Of a stretch of 64,000 bases of DNA, positions 6,234-16,622 are shown piece by piece. A program made the translations under genes and the position numbers. Below the pieces are notes generated by a model. That model searched no databases. It saw nothing but the letters and a program-made list of their open reading frames with translations, and had not been told where the DNA came from. Position 1 is the stretch's first letter; every line of letters begins with the position of its first letter. The stretch is from positions 1-64,000 of the IMG/VR virus record IMGVR_UViG_3300031963_000004. One strand, written 5' to 3'.

Positions 6234-8035
6234 TTGTTTGGTGTACCTGTAACTTTATTGTGTATCATAGTCCTAATATCTGCTTTTACATCATCTCCGA
6301 ATGTAGGACTTGTAACTGTATTTAATGCTCTTCCGATAGTAGACAACAAACCTAATCCTTTTCTAACATCCATACCTTGCTTAGGTTCTTGTTGCTGTGG
6401 TTGTTGATCTTTAATATAATATGGATCAGTCTCCTGTTCCTTAACCTTGTACTTATTTTTTAACTCTCTTGTTTTAGCCCAACGCTCATCATCAGGCATA
6501 TCATATGTTGCTTTTAATTCTCTGTAATATTCAGGATCAGGCAATCCAGATTTTTTTCTTAATTCCTGATGACGCCTATGTAGTTTTTCTTGCGTTGATT
6601 CTTTGTCTGTTTCTTCTAAGTTAGCGTTACCTTGTTGAGGCACCATTCTAACGTTAACACCTTTTGGTACAGTGGTGTTAATGGTCATTTCATCACCTAA
6701 TTCTCTACTTGTATCCATCCCTCTTACTAGAGTATTTCCTTGACTATCTGGTCTAATAGATGCAGTTCTTCTATTAAAAGTTTCTTCACCATCTCTATTC
6801 ACGTAATTTTTTGTAGAATACATATAGGAAGGAGAAGATGCAGGAGGATTTTGTTCTAACACTGCCTCATGCTGCTCAATCATCTTACCTTCTAAATATT
6901 GTGCAACTGAGTTTAAGTAATCATTTGCTTTAGTTATTTTAGCCTGTACCCAACCATCAAGACCTTGTATTTCGCTTACATCTCTTATGCAGTGAAATAT
7001 TTTTTCTGCATCTTTGGCTGCTGCAATTAACTGTGACCTAGCCATTTCAACTTCGTGGTCAGATTTCTTAGGCATTAATTCTGGTTTAAATTTAATACCT
7101 TGACCTGGCATTAATAGTAATTCATCTTCGGTTACACGGGCTTCAATCATACCTTGTAGTATTGCACTTTCCGCTACACCTTTACTTCCACGATTTTTCC
7201 ACTTTACACCATGTATATTATCTAATCGTTTGACTTCAGATTTACTCAATGCAGTTAAATCTCTGGCATATTTTTGATTAAATCCTTCTGGATCTTCGCC
7301 AGCACCATACTTATCTGTAGCTTTATGTATTAATCCGGTTTTAGTTCTTGTTACTTCACCTTCCGCCACACCTTGCCCTCTGTCGTAAATACCAGGTGAG
7401 CCTACTTTACTTCTTGGATCTCCATATACTTTGTATACTTGATCGGTAGGTTCATTGCCTTTAGCAGGTCTAACATCAGTGATGATTGAGCCTCTTCCTA
7501 GCGCATAGTTAATCTTATCCTTAGCATCATATTCATCATCAGCGGAAACTAAGACAGTACGTGTATCGTCAGACAGATTGTTGTAATATGTTACAACAAA
7601 TTTTGTGTCTGTACCTTCCGTCACACCTCCACTCGTAGCAGATTTACTCTTGTTCATTTGACCCCCTCTGTTCTGTAAATCCTTAGCAATTTCTTTTTCG
7701 TCAAATGGTCTTCCAATGAATGAAGTAATTTTGTCAAAGAAGTTTTCATCAACTTGTGATTTTAAACCTTGCTTCATTTCTTCTTTTGATTTGCCGTATT
7801 TTTTCATAAACTCTCTATCTTTTAATTCACGTAGGTCCATAATTAGTTGCTTTACACTACCTTCTTTTAAGTTCTTAGGCTTTTTACCAGCTTTCTTCAT
7901 TGAAACGGCAATAGCTGCTTGTTGAGCAGGATTAGCTGCTTCTTCAGCCCTTCTTTTCATTTTACCCATTTTAGAAGGTGCGGGTGCAACTGATCCAGAT
8001 ACTGTTGCGCCCACTGACATTTCGTTTATTTTCAT
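6230..8035 (-). CDS. Modular putative head-internal protein (601 aa) with repeated xVxE motifs
   Basis: Start moved to MKINEMS (ATG 8035); spacers NLKEG, QVDEN, GVTEG, GVAEG, GVAES, RVTED, NLEET separate short domains. Confidence 0.6.
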   Translation of the reverse strand: MKINEMSVGATVSGSVAPAPSKMGKMKRRAEEAANPAQQAAIAVSMKKAGKKPKNLKEGSVKQLIMDLRELKDREFMKKYGKSKEEMKQGLKSQVDENFFDKITSFIGRPFDEKEIAKDLQNRGGQMNKSKSATSGGVTEGTDTKFVVTYYNNLSDDTRTVLVSADDEYDAKDKINYALGRGSIITDVRPAKGNEPTDQVYKVYGDPRSKVGSPGIYDRGQGVAEGEVTRTKTGLIHKATDKYGAGEDPEGFNQKYARDLTALSKSEVKRLDNIHGVKWKNRGSKGVAESAILQGMIEARVTEDELLLMPGQGIKFKPELMPKKSDHEVEMARSQLIAAAKDAEKIFHCIRDVSEIQGLDGWVQAKITKANDYLNSVAQYLEGKMIEQHEAVLEQNPPASSPSYMYSTKNYVNRDGEETFNRRTASIRPDSQGNTLVRGMDTSRELGDEMTINTTVPKGVNVRMVPQQGNANLEETDKESTQEKLHRRHQELRKKSGLPDPEYYRELKATYDMPDDERWAKTRELKNKYKVKEQETDPYYIKDQQPQQQEPKQGMDVRKGLGLLSTIGRALNTVTSPTFGDDVKADIRTMIHNKVTGTPNK

Positions 8036-8046
8036 ATTGTGATCTG

Positions 8047-11000
8047 TTATTCGCTTATCCATCTTGCCTGGAACCAAGACCTGCCATCAAATTGCCCTCT
8101 TTGTAATGCGCCGTTACCAACGTTGACAATGTTTATATAATCAGTTGAACCATTTAGATATATAATTTTTGTTATCTGTTGAACCACTGCATTAAAAGAA
8201 CCAGCCGCAGCCACCAGGTTGTTATTTTTCTTAATCGCTATACTTGCTTCGGTATTTCTATAAATATCATAACAGGCAGTAATTTCCCAGTAACCAGCCT
8301 TCTGTGGCGTAAATGTATAAGTTGAAGTATCGAACCAAGCACTTGGTACATTGACATTAGCACTCACAACGCTGTATCTACACACATCTTCAGTAAAGTC
8401 ACCTGGCAAAGTATAAGTCACACTTGCATACGCTTCAAGAAAATAAAATCTTAAATCTGGGGGCGTAAATGTAAATACCCCGGTAGTATTATCATAAGAA
8501 AAATCACCATAACTACTTGGTACGCCGGGTTCACCAACACTTAAAGATGTTAATGCAATTCCACCTGCACCTAATACACTTGTACCTGAACTGTCATTAA
8601 TACCACCACCACTTGGTAATGTTAAGTTACCGTTGTTGTCAAAAGTCCAAGTATGGTTTTGATTGTTAGTCTTGATATAAATATTACCGTTGTTATTTAC
8701 ATCAATGTGATAGTTATCGTTACCTAAAATTAAACTACCATTTCCGTTAACACCATTTCCTGCTGCTATATGAATGTGCGGGGAATCAAACGCAGTAGTA
8801 GGATATATGTTAATAAACTGACCATAATCAGCAAAGTTGTTACTAGATGCACCTCCTGGAGCCATAGTTATGACACCATTTGGGAAATCACCACTATTAG
8901 GTGCAGGGCTACTTAGTTTAGATCCATCAAATGTAATATTACCTAAATCAGGACCAGCTGAAGCACCGATAACATTTTCAGTCATTGTGAAAGTATTTGT
9001 TGATACAGTTGGACCTGCATTATCTAGTGTTACTGGACTACTTATAGCGTTTACTGTGGCACTAGTAGCAGTTGTTGTTTCAGTATTATAGCCTGGATTA
9101 ACGGACTCAATAATATATTGACCGTAAACACCATTAGTGTTTTCACCGTTGATCGGGAAGTTAATTACTAAACCAGCATAGTTATCATTATTGTTAAAGT
9201 ACAAATATGTACTTGCTGCAATAGTAACCGATGTATCGTTACAATCAATACATTGTGCTTCATAATCATCTTGTGGATAAATTTCTCCATCACTTCCACC
9301 AAAGTTGCGAGTAATTCGTTTTGACCATACTTCACTGCCATCTGTGCCACTTATGCACATAACATATAGTGTATAATCATCATCTTCATAATTAGTAAAG
9401 ATGTAATTACCGTTTGGAGTAGCTGTACCTTTAAAATTACTGTCCCAACTAATATCATCATTAGGATCTACTCTAACTTGCCAAATTATATTACCATTGC
9501 TGCTGTTAATTTTTGTTACGATACCTTCTTCATCTATTGCAATAAGATTGCCATCTGACAGCAAATCAATACTAGTTATTGGATTACCTGTATCATTAGG
9601 TGAATCAACATGTACTGCCCATTGTTGAGTACCGTTTATATCGTACTTAATAACTATACTTCCTTTATTTCCTGCCCAGTAATAGCCACCAGCGTAGGAA
9701 TTTCCATTACTGTCTACTACAACTGTATTAAGTCGTTCGGATTCAGCATCGCCTACGCTCTTGCCCCAAGCGTTACTTCCCAATCTAGCAATATAAGCCT
9801 GTTGATTTAATTGGTAGTTAAAACTTAATGTGTTACCAATTTCTGTACTCCAGTCCTTATCTCCCCATCCCAAACCAACTACATCGCTGATTGCTGTACC
9901 TTGAATATTTGAAGCCCAACCTGCTACGTTGTCACTATTATTGTTTAATGCATCTACATTAAAATCAAATGTTAGATCGTTAACACCATCAACGCCGCCT
10001 AATTGGCTACCTAATACTCGTACATTAACAGGATTGCCCCAACCATAAATACTACCACTCCAGCCATTAGACCTAAGAATAGTATATGTTCCATTTTGGT
10101 TAGTAGACACACTTAACCATAGTCCGTTACTTTGACCATCAGGAGCTGCCCCTACCTCAAAATAGTTTAATCTAATCTGATAGTTTCCACCAATAGTATA
10201 GTAAATACTTTCACCAGGTTGTACATTGCTGGCATTATATTCTGACCAACTTACAACCAACTTGTTTAATCCGCTTCCAGTTAACGGAGTGAAAGATTTT
10301 TGTAACATTTCATTGTAAGTATGGCCCACTAATACTGCGAAGGGTTGATTACCAGCGTCAAGCCCAAACACAGCATCATTTAATACTACAGAGGAATTAC
10401 TACCAGTTTCAATGTCAAACATTGATCCTACAGTGCCGTCAGTTGGATTAATAAACCATGTGAATCCACGATCTTTATCAACATTATTGTCATAGTAATT
10501 ACCAATAGTTACTAAAAAGTTTGTACCATTGACATTTACATGTTCTAAGGAAACTATTTTAGGATATTCACCATTAGTATTTGATGATAGTAAATTCTTG
10601 TTCCACTCAACACTACCGGTGCTATTTAATTTTATTATGCCACCAAATCTTCTACTTTCATTATCATCATAATATGAATAACTCATATAACTGTTGCCAC
10701 CGCTATCCATAGCAACTGCTTCCATATCAACATTATCATTCGTACTATGAATAAATTGATTTATAAAACCATATTGCTGTGGTGTAATGTATGCGGTAGT
10801 TTGAATTGTGCCATCTGGGAACGTTACTGAACCGTCAGTATTTACTTGTAATGTATGACTACCTTCACTGATTGAATTTCCACTGCCACCTCCTAAACCA
10901 CCTACATTCGCTACTGCATTATTAACATAGGTTTCTGTTGCATAACCTGTTAAGCTTGGTATAGTTGGTTTATTGGTTAAATCATTATAATCACCACTAG

Positions 11001-11829
11001 TAGCAACAGTTGATAAAGTTGGGGTACCAGATATATTACCGTATGTTAAAGCACTTGATGTAATATAACCTTGACTTGTTACATATGTTTCAGTTGCATA
11101 ACCACTTAAACTAGGAATATCAGATACATTTGCTTTGTTTGCTAATTGATTTGTTATAGTAGTAGTAAAAGCACTATCATTACCTATAGCATTGGCTAAT
11201 TCATTTAATGTGTCTAATAATGCAGGAGCACTGTTTACTACATTTGCTATTGCATTACTTACGAATGATTCAGTAGCTAAACCAGTAATACTAGGGATAC
11301 TAGGTTTATCACTTAAATTGTTATAACTACCAGTAGTAGCAACAACACTATAAGATGGTAAATCAGATAAATCATTATAACTGCCAGTGGTAGCAACTGT
11401 GCTAAAAGTTGGTTTATTTGCAATATTATCCCAATCACTACCAGGGATCTGTCCTATTGCGTTAGTAACAAAACTTTCTGTAGCATAGCCATTTAAACTT
11501 GGTATGTCTGCCACATTAGCTTTGTTTGCTAATTGATTGTTAATTGTTGAGAAGAAGCTAGGATCTGAATTAATAGAATTTGATAATTCTTGCAATGTGT
11601 TCAATAATGCGGGTGCAGCACCTACTACATTTGATATAGCGTTATTTACAAATGTAGTCGTAGCAAAATCGCTACCATAATATGCTAGGTTAGACCAAGC
11701 AGTTTGTCCGTCACCAAATTTAAATTTGTAAGTATCTGTTTCAATACCTGGTTCACCTAATGCTAAAACTGGATTTGATGTTGTCCAATTTTGTGCTGTA
11801 TCTCGTCTTAATTTAATCTGCGTTGCCAT
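8047..11829 (-). CDS. Tail fibre / receptor-binding protein (1260 aa)
   Basis: Mtd_N-like start (QIKLRRDTAQNWTTSNPVLALGEPGIETDT..KFGDG), YNDL..KP and APALLDTLNELA fibre repeats, beta-propeller-like middle, C1q-like end (FTPQKAGYWEITA). Confidence 0.8.
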   Translation of the reverse strand: MATQIKLRRDTAQNWTTSNPVLALGEPGIETDTYKFKFGDGQTAWSNLAYYGSDFATTTFVNNAISNVVGAAPALLNTLQELSNSINSDPSFFSTINNQLANKANVADIPSLNGYATESFVTNAIGQIPGSDWDNIANKPTFSTVATTGSYNDLSDLPSYSVVATTGSYNNLSDKPSIPSITGLATESFVSNAIANVVNSAPALLDTLNELANAIGNDSAFTTTITNQLANKANVSDIPSLSGYATETYVTSQGYITSSALTYGNISGTPTLSTVATSGDYNDLTNKPTIPSLTGYATETYVNNAVANVGGLGGGSGNSISEGSHTLQVNTDGSVTFPDGTIQTTAYITPQQYGFINQFIHSTNDNVDMEAVAMDSGGNSYMSYSYYDDNESRRFGGIIKLNSTGSVEWNKNLLSSNTNGEYPKIVSLEHVNVNGTNFLVTIGNYYDNNVDKDRGFTWFINPTDGTVGSMFDIETGSNSSVVLNDAVFGLDAGNQPFAVLVGHTYNEMLQKSFTPLTGSGLNKLVVSWSEYNASNVQPGESIYYTIGGNYQIRLNYFEVGAAPDGQSNGLWLSVSTNQNGTYTILRSNGWSGSIYGWGNPVNVRVLGSQLGGVDGVNDLTFDFNVDALNNNSDNVAGWASNIQGTAISDVVGLGWGDKDWSTEIGNTLSFNYQLNQQAYIARLGSNAWGKSVGDAESERLNTVVVDSNGNSYAGGYYWAGNKGSIVIKYDINGTQQWAVHVDSPNDTGNPITSIDLLSDGNLIAIDEEGIVTKINSSNGNIIWQVRVDPNDDISWDSNFKGTATPNGNYIFTNYEDDDYTLYVMCISGTDGSEVWSKRITRNFGGSDGEIYPQDDYEAQCIDCNDTSVTIAASTYLYFNNNDNYAGLVINFPINGENTNGVYGQYIIESVNPGYNTETTTATSATVNAISSPVTLDNAGPTVSTNTFTMTENVIGASAGPDLGNITFDGSKLSSPAPNSGDFPNGVITMAPGGASSNNFADYGQFINIYPTTAFDSPHIHIAAGNGVNGNGSLILGNDNYHIDVNNNGNIYIKTNNQNHTWTFDNNGNLTLPSGGGINDSSGTSVLGAGGIALTSLSVGEPGVPSSYGDFSYDNTTGVFTFTPPDLRFYFLEAYASVTYTLPGDFTEDVCRYSVVSANVNVPSAWFDTSTYTFTPQKAGYWEITACYDIYRNTEASIAIKKNNNLVAAAGSFNAVVQQITKIIYLNGSTDYINIVNVGNGALQRGQFDGRSWFQARWISE

Positions 11830-12914
11830 TATGCACTGCCCCCATCTAATGTAGTTGTAAATTCTGTATCTGCGTCACTACCATCAATAGGTGTTCCGCC
11901 TGAAGCATCGCCTCCGTCTATATTTATGCTCAATAAAAACTTGAGGCTGTCTGCTAATTCTTTTAGTGTGTCGAAATCTGTTGTTACGTTTGCCTTTAAT
12001 GCGTCGATACTTGCAGTAATTTGGTTACTTACATATGTTTCCATTTCCGTACGATGCACATAATTAGCATCATTATTAAAATGACTTACATTTGCAGGCT
12101 TGTTGCTTAAATCGTTATAATTACCAGTTGTAGCAACTGTACTTAATGTAGGAGTACCTTGTATATTTGCATATTCTATTTTTTGCCAACTTAACTCTGA
12201 GCCAGTGTAGTACAAATATGCTGGTAAATTAACAGAAACATCCGGTATCGGTACATCTAAATTAAATATTGATGTAGGTAAAGTAGGTCTACCCGACAAA
12301 TCATTATAACTACCGGTAACCGCAAGATTAGATAAGTTAGGCTTATTTGTTAAATCGTTGTAACTTCCCGTAGTTGCGACATTTGATAAGTTTGCAAATC
12401 TTGAATGAAACTCGGTAGAAGTGACATAATTGTTTATTGTGCTGTTAAATGATGATGTGGTTAAATAAACTTGTAAATTTGGCTTGTTTAGTATTTGTGA
12501 TACACCGCTGTTCGCATTCCAATCACTTGATATAACATCAGGAAATGTTGTCCAACTTAAATTACCGTTACCGGTCGTTGTTAAAATTTGTCCGGTGTTA
12601 CCACCTGTTATTCTAAAATTCGCAGTGTTAGTATAAAACTTACCGTTGATTAAACCACCAACGTTTAAATTACCTTGTATGTTAACTGAACTAGTAGTTG
12701 AGTTATAAGTAAAACCTGTATCACCACCAAACTCCGTTGAAGTTTTTAAAAACTGTACCGAGTTTGTAATTCCACTTGGAGTGTTGTATATATTAACAAC
12801 TTGCTTACCTGAATACGGTACAGGGTCAGCATTATATCTTGCTGCTTCCTCTTTTGAAATATATAAAGGTTGGGCATCGCTAATATAGGTTGCGTTATCT
12901 GGGGCTCTTGCCAT
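11829..12914 (-). CDS. Tail fibre-associated protein (361 aa)
   Basis: VATTGSYNDLTNKP repeats and FDTLKELAD motif shared with the 1260-aa fibre. Confidence 0.7.
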   Translation of the reverse strand: MARAPDNATYISDAQPLYISKEEAARYNADPVPYSGKQVVNIYNTPSGITNSVQFLKTSTEFGGDTGFTYNSTTSSVNIQGNLNVGGLINGKFYTNTANFRITGGNTGQILTTTGNGNLSWTTFPDVISSDWNANSGVSQILNKPNLQVYLTTSSFNSTINNYVTSTEFHSRFANLSNVATTGSYNDLTNKPNLSNLAVTGSYNDLSGRPTLPTSIFNLDVPIPDVSVNLPAYLYYTGSELSWQKIEYANIQGTPTLSTVATTGNYNDLSNKPANVSHFNNDANYVHRTEMETYVSNQITASIDALKANVTTDFDTLKELADSLKFLLSINIDGGDASGGTPIDGSDADTEFTTTLDGGSA

Positions 12915-12925
12915 TTTTTATTATC

Positions 12926-13807
12926 CTAAGGTCTTAATAGTGGCGGTATCCCCGCACGACTAACTTTACTGCCTAATTTTTTAGCATTGTCTTGTATACT
13001 ATATGGAGTAACGTCAACTGTTAATGCTGTTTTAAATCTTGGGTCATTCTTTTGTTTTGGGCTAGGAATATAACCACTAGCTCCTTCTACCATAGATTCA
13101 GGTAAACTCAATTGATTACTATGTAATTCATCTCGTTTGTTTCTTAGCTTCTCAATTATACCTTTACTACGCAATGCCTTAAAGGCTAAGTTTTCAGGAC
13201 TGAACTCACCATGCATGTCTAATCCTGTTTGTCTATATTTTTTAATTGTAGCTAAAACATGATTCATGCTTTCATAATCTGCATGTTTAAGTGCAAGATT
13301 AGCTAGTCTAGCTAGTTTATTAAACTTCAATTTAGCTGAGGCCTGATCAGGATCGGCTTTACGCTTTCTTGGTAATCTAATCCATTTGTCAAAAACAATA
13401 CTGTACTCACCTAAACTGATGACGGGTTGATTTGTGTCTTGAACGTATAATTCAACATCATATCCCCCTATAGTAATATCATGTGTATTGTTATATAGAA
13501 TCTTTTTAGCATCAAATAATTCGCGGTATATAACATCATTCTCTAAAGCATTTATATCCACTAAAATGTGCAAATCTATGTCACTGTGCTTAGTATAGGT
13601 ATAAGCTGCATTACTTCCCGATAATGTTACATCGGAAACATTAAGATGAGGAATACCCAAATGATCTACGAAATCTTCTGCTATAACAAGTAACTGTTTA
13701 CGGACCTCAGGATCCATTCTGTCGCCGTTGAAAATGACTGGATTTAATTCATTGTGAAAGAAAATCGCATCGTGTAGGTTAAACTGTTCTATTTCTCTAA
13801 GGTTCAT
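12926..13807 (-). CDS. Pol-beta superfamily nucleotidyltransferase
   Basis: LSGSNAAYTYTKHSDIDLH (GS..DxD) and third acidic residue in YDVELYVQD. Confidence 0.7.
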   Translation of the reverse strand: MNLREIEQFNLHDAIFFHNELNPVIFNGDRMDPEVRKQLLVIAEDFVDHLGIPHLNVSDVTLSGSNAAYTYTKHSDIDLHILVDINALENDVIYRELFDAKKILYNNTHDITIGGYDVELYVQDTNQPVISLGEYSIVFDKWIRLPRKRKADPDQASAKLKFNKLARLANLALKHADYESMNHVLATIKKYRQTGLDMHGEFSPENLAFKALRSKGIIEKLRNKRDELHSNQLSLPESMVEGASGYIPSPKQKNDPRFKTALTVDVTPYSIQDNAKKLGSKVSRAGIPPLLRP

Positions 13808-13811
13808 AGTG

Positions 13812-13819
13812 TATTTATG
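13812..13819 (-). promoter_or_regulatory. T4-late-like promoter
   Basis: CATAAATA 4 nt before ATG 13807, directly after terminator. Confidence 0.6.
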
Positions 13820-13853
13820 AAAAAAGCTACCAATAGTCGCCCACTGGTAGCTT
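13820..13853 (-). terminator. Rho-independent terminator
   Basis: 9-bp stem AAGCTACCA/TGGTAGCTT followed by a T-run on the minus strand, just upstream of a late-promoter motif. Confidence 0.75.
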
Positions 13854-13872
13854 GGTTTTGAGGTGTGTAATA

Positions 13873-14790
13873 CTATACTGCTTGTTGTACCTGCTGTGGT
13901 TCCGCTTGTGTATCGACAGTAGTAGCAGAGACAGATGCTTTTTCTGCTTCTTTCTTTTGCTGTTCCTGAATGTACATAGGTCCTATGTGATCCATCAAAT
14001 GCTGTTGATTTTCCATACAGAATACATAACTACCGCTATGACGTAACAACACACGCTTGTCTACCCAAACTTTACCGCCCATATCTCGCCAGTTTTCACA
14101 GAAAGTCCAGTCCTCACTATAGTAACGATTTTGACGAACTGCTGTATCAAAATAGGTCTTTAAGTGTTGGTCATATTTTGGATCTAGACCAATATCATTT
14201 TTGTATTGCTTAACTGCAGGGTGAGACTTCATTTTCTCAAATACGTGACGCTTCATTAATAAGAAGCCGGTACCTGCTTTACTAACTTCCTGTAGTCCAT
14301 CTGGTCCTTCTTCTGCACCCTCAAAACCGTTAACCACCCACTTGATAGGCATAGTCTTCATTGGATATAGCCCACCAATTACGTCTTTATCACGGTTTAG
14401 TAAAACTAGTAGATGCCATGGCTCCCAACCAATATCAGCGTCTACAAAGAATAAGTGTGATGATTCTTTTTGCTCTAGGAATTTGGCAGTAAGTGTATTA
14501 CGGGCACGACTGATTAATGATTCATTAACCATAGTCTCCAATGTCCAGTCGATTCCCAACTGTCGAGCAGTATTAGCCCATTTGATGAAACTCATAAATG
14601 TTGATTCAGTTAGCATACCGCCATAGCAGGGCATAGCTATGTGTACTCTTGTAGTACGCAAAAAGTCAACATTAACTTGTACTTGATTTTGTCCGGGCTG
14701 TTGAGCTTCACCCTCTTGAATTTCTTGGACTGCTTCTTGAACTTGTTCTACTGGGACAGTCGCTTCTTCGGTTTGTTTTTTCTTAGACAT
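13873..14790 (-). CDS. GT-A fold glycosyltransferase-like protein
   Basis: HIAMPCYGG, ESLISRARN, LFFVDADI (DxD), SEDWTFC, LRHSG. Confidence 0.75.
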   Translation of the reverse strand: MSKKKQTEEATVPVEQVQEAVQEIQEGEAQQPGQNQVQVNVDFLRTTRVHIAMPCYGGMLTESTFMSFIKWANTARQLGIDWTLETMVNESLISRARNTLTAKFLEQKESSHLFFVDADIGWEPWHLLVLLNRDKDVIGGLYPMKTMPIKWVVNGFEGAEEGPDGLQEVSKAGTGFLLMKRHVFEKMKSHPAVKQYKNDIGLDPKYDQHLKTYFDTAVRQNRYYSEDWTFCENWRDMGGKVWVDKRVLLRHSGSYVFCMENQQHLMDHIGPMYIQEQQKKEAEKASVSATTVDTQAEPQQVQQAV

Positions 14791-14846
14791 TTGATCCTCA
14801 TAAAAATGTATAAACTTATTTACTATGAGGAAAGTGGGTTGAAAAA

Positions 14847-16622
14847 TTAATTTTCTTCCAAATAACTTTCAGATTTTACGTATTGATCGTAGGCCTGTTG
14901 AATTTCTTCATCACTAGCTAATTCAATGTCACTGATGTCCCAGCCTGTAGCTTTAGCAATCTGTTTAATCATAAAGCTACGCTTTGTAAAGTCCATTGGG
15001 TGACGGTCTGACAATTCTTTATTCATATCTTCGTTAGTTTCTTCAGGTTTGCTTGGACCATAGATAATTGTGTTAGGATTAATATTATATTTTGTGATCA
15101 ATAACTCAATAACTTTGTCTAAGTTTTTATTAGGGATGCCCTTAGCTACAGGAAAAGTAACGGTATTCTTTTTATGTTTTCCCTTAACGAATATGTCAAT
15201 TAAATCACCTGGATTTAACACGATACCTTCTGCTAAATCTTGTTGACCTCTTATGGCTTGTAATAAAGCACGGGCTACCACACGATCCTTTTCTTGTTCT
15301 TCGTCACCAAGTTGGGCATAATTAATTTTCATCAATTTGGCTCTCTGAGCAAGTTTGGCATCTAATTTACCTGCTTGACGTAATTTTTCTGTATCCTCAA
15401 ACTGATCTGGGTTCTGTACAAATTTTCTTGCTGTTACGTTCCAACCTTTGTGAATAGCATCTGCAATTTGATCTATATCTGTAACACCTGCATCTATCAT
15501 CTTTTTAGCATACGCAGCACTCATTAAATTTGCTTGCCAACCAAAACTATTGCCTGGCGTACTTCTACCATATCCGTATGCATTGTCTAACGCTTCATCA
15601 CTGATAGCAGCTAATTGTTGAATCGACAACTCTACCGCTTCTGACATATTTTGCTTTCCTTGTGAAATGCAATGTTCTACCCATGGTATGAAAGTATCTT
15701 TGATCCAATCCTGATGTTGTTTGCTCTTGTCTAATGTTGAACTATCTGCGATTCTACCATTAATGGTAACAGGTTCAATGCTATTAACTGCATCTATAAT
15801 TTTTGCCTGTACATCTGGATCACTATCTTTAATAACTCGTTGCAACTGACCCATTGCTTCATCTTGTCTACCCTGCATTGCAAGTATTGCTACTCTTTGC
15901 AATCCACTGTAAGTAGGATCATACATGTTACCAAACATCTTATTGATATCGTCAGCAGTACCTTCAGTAAGTTTGGCTTCATTAATCTTAGCTTTTAATG
16001 CTACTATCTTTTTGTAGATACTTTCTGTTAATTGCAAATTCTTGTCAAAGATAGGCTTCATAAGCTTGCCTGCTTTGCCATACAAGTCATTAAGAATTTG
16101 TGCCTTCATCTTTTCGTCGCCTTTTGCATAAGCTGCACGAATTTGACTAGCATCTGTCATTTCACTTCCTGCTATAGGAAACTGTGCTACGTCAGTTGTC
16201 AATACGTACCCATGTTTAGTCATTGGTTGAAGTTTGTCAGAGTACGGTTGCAAGTAGCCAGGACTACCATCTCTCTTAGGTGCAAAACTGAATCGTGGGT
16301 CACTTCCCATGTCCTTCCCACTTACACCAAATACTAATGCTGTTTGATTAGGATCTATTCCTGCTGCTTCAAATCGTTTAATATATTCATCAGCACCGTA
16401 TGTATTTCTAACACTAATTATATTTTCTTTAGGTATACCCAATGCCATTGCCATCTTAGCTCTATCACCTGCTGAGAAGGGGCTTTTTGGTTGTTCTTGC
16501 TTTTCACTTACTGCTAAGTAGGTATGAGCCAAACCAAAATTACTAGCTAACTGTTTAAAACTAGCAGCATGACCTTTGTGAAAGGGATGGAAACGACCAG
16601 GATAGATAGCAATTACACGCAT
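14847..16622 (-). CDS. HxGH nucleotidyltransferase (cytidylyl/NMN-adenylyltransferase-like) fused to RyR-like and other modules
   Basis: N-terminal YPGRFHPFHKGH; internal AIHKGWN...YAQLGDEEQEKDRVVAR resembles the RyR repeat; multiple xLxE spacers. Confidence 0.7.
   Translation of the reverse strand: MRVIAIYPGRFHPFHKGHAASFKQLASNFGLAHTYLAVSEKQEQPKSPFSAGDRAKMAMALGIPKENIISVRNTYGADEYIKRFEAAGIDPNQTALVFGVSGKDMGSDPRFSFAPKRDGSPGYLQPYSDKLQPMTKHGYVLTTDVAQFPIAGSEMTDASQIRAAYAKGDEKMKAQILNDLYGKAGKLMKPIFDKNLQLTESIYKKIVALKAKINEAKLTEGTADDINKMFGNMYDPTYSGLQRVAILAMQGRQDEAMGQLQRVIKDSDPDVQAKIIDAVNSIEPVTINGRIADSSTLDKSKQHQDWIKDTFIPWVEHCISQGKQNMSEAVELSIQQLAAISDEALDNAYGYGRSTPGNSFGWQANLMSAAYAKKMIDAGVTDIDQIADAIHKGWNVTARKFVQNPDQFEDTEKLRQAGKLDAKLAQRAKLMKINYAQLGDEEQEKDRVVARALLQAIRGQQDLAEGIVLNPGDLIDIFVKGKHKKNTVTFPVAKGIPNKNLDKVIELLITKYNINPNTIIYGPSKPEETNEDMNKELSDRHPMDFTKRSFMIKQIAKATGWDISDIELASDEEIQQAYDQYVKSESYLEEN

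Noticed and set aside
8047-11829. Diversity-generating retroelement suggested by Mtd_N-like domain
   Set aside because: No reverse transcriptase and no template/variable repeat pair differing at adenines seen in the window.
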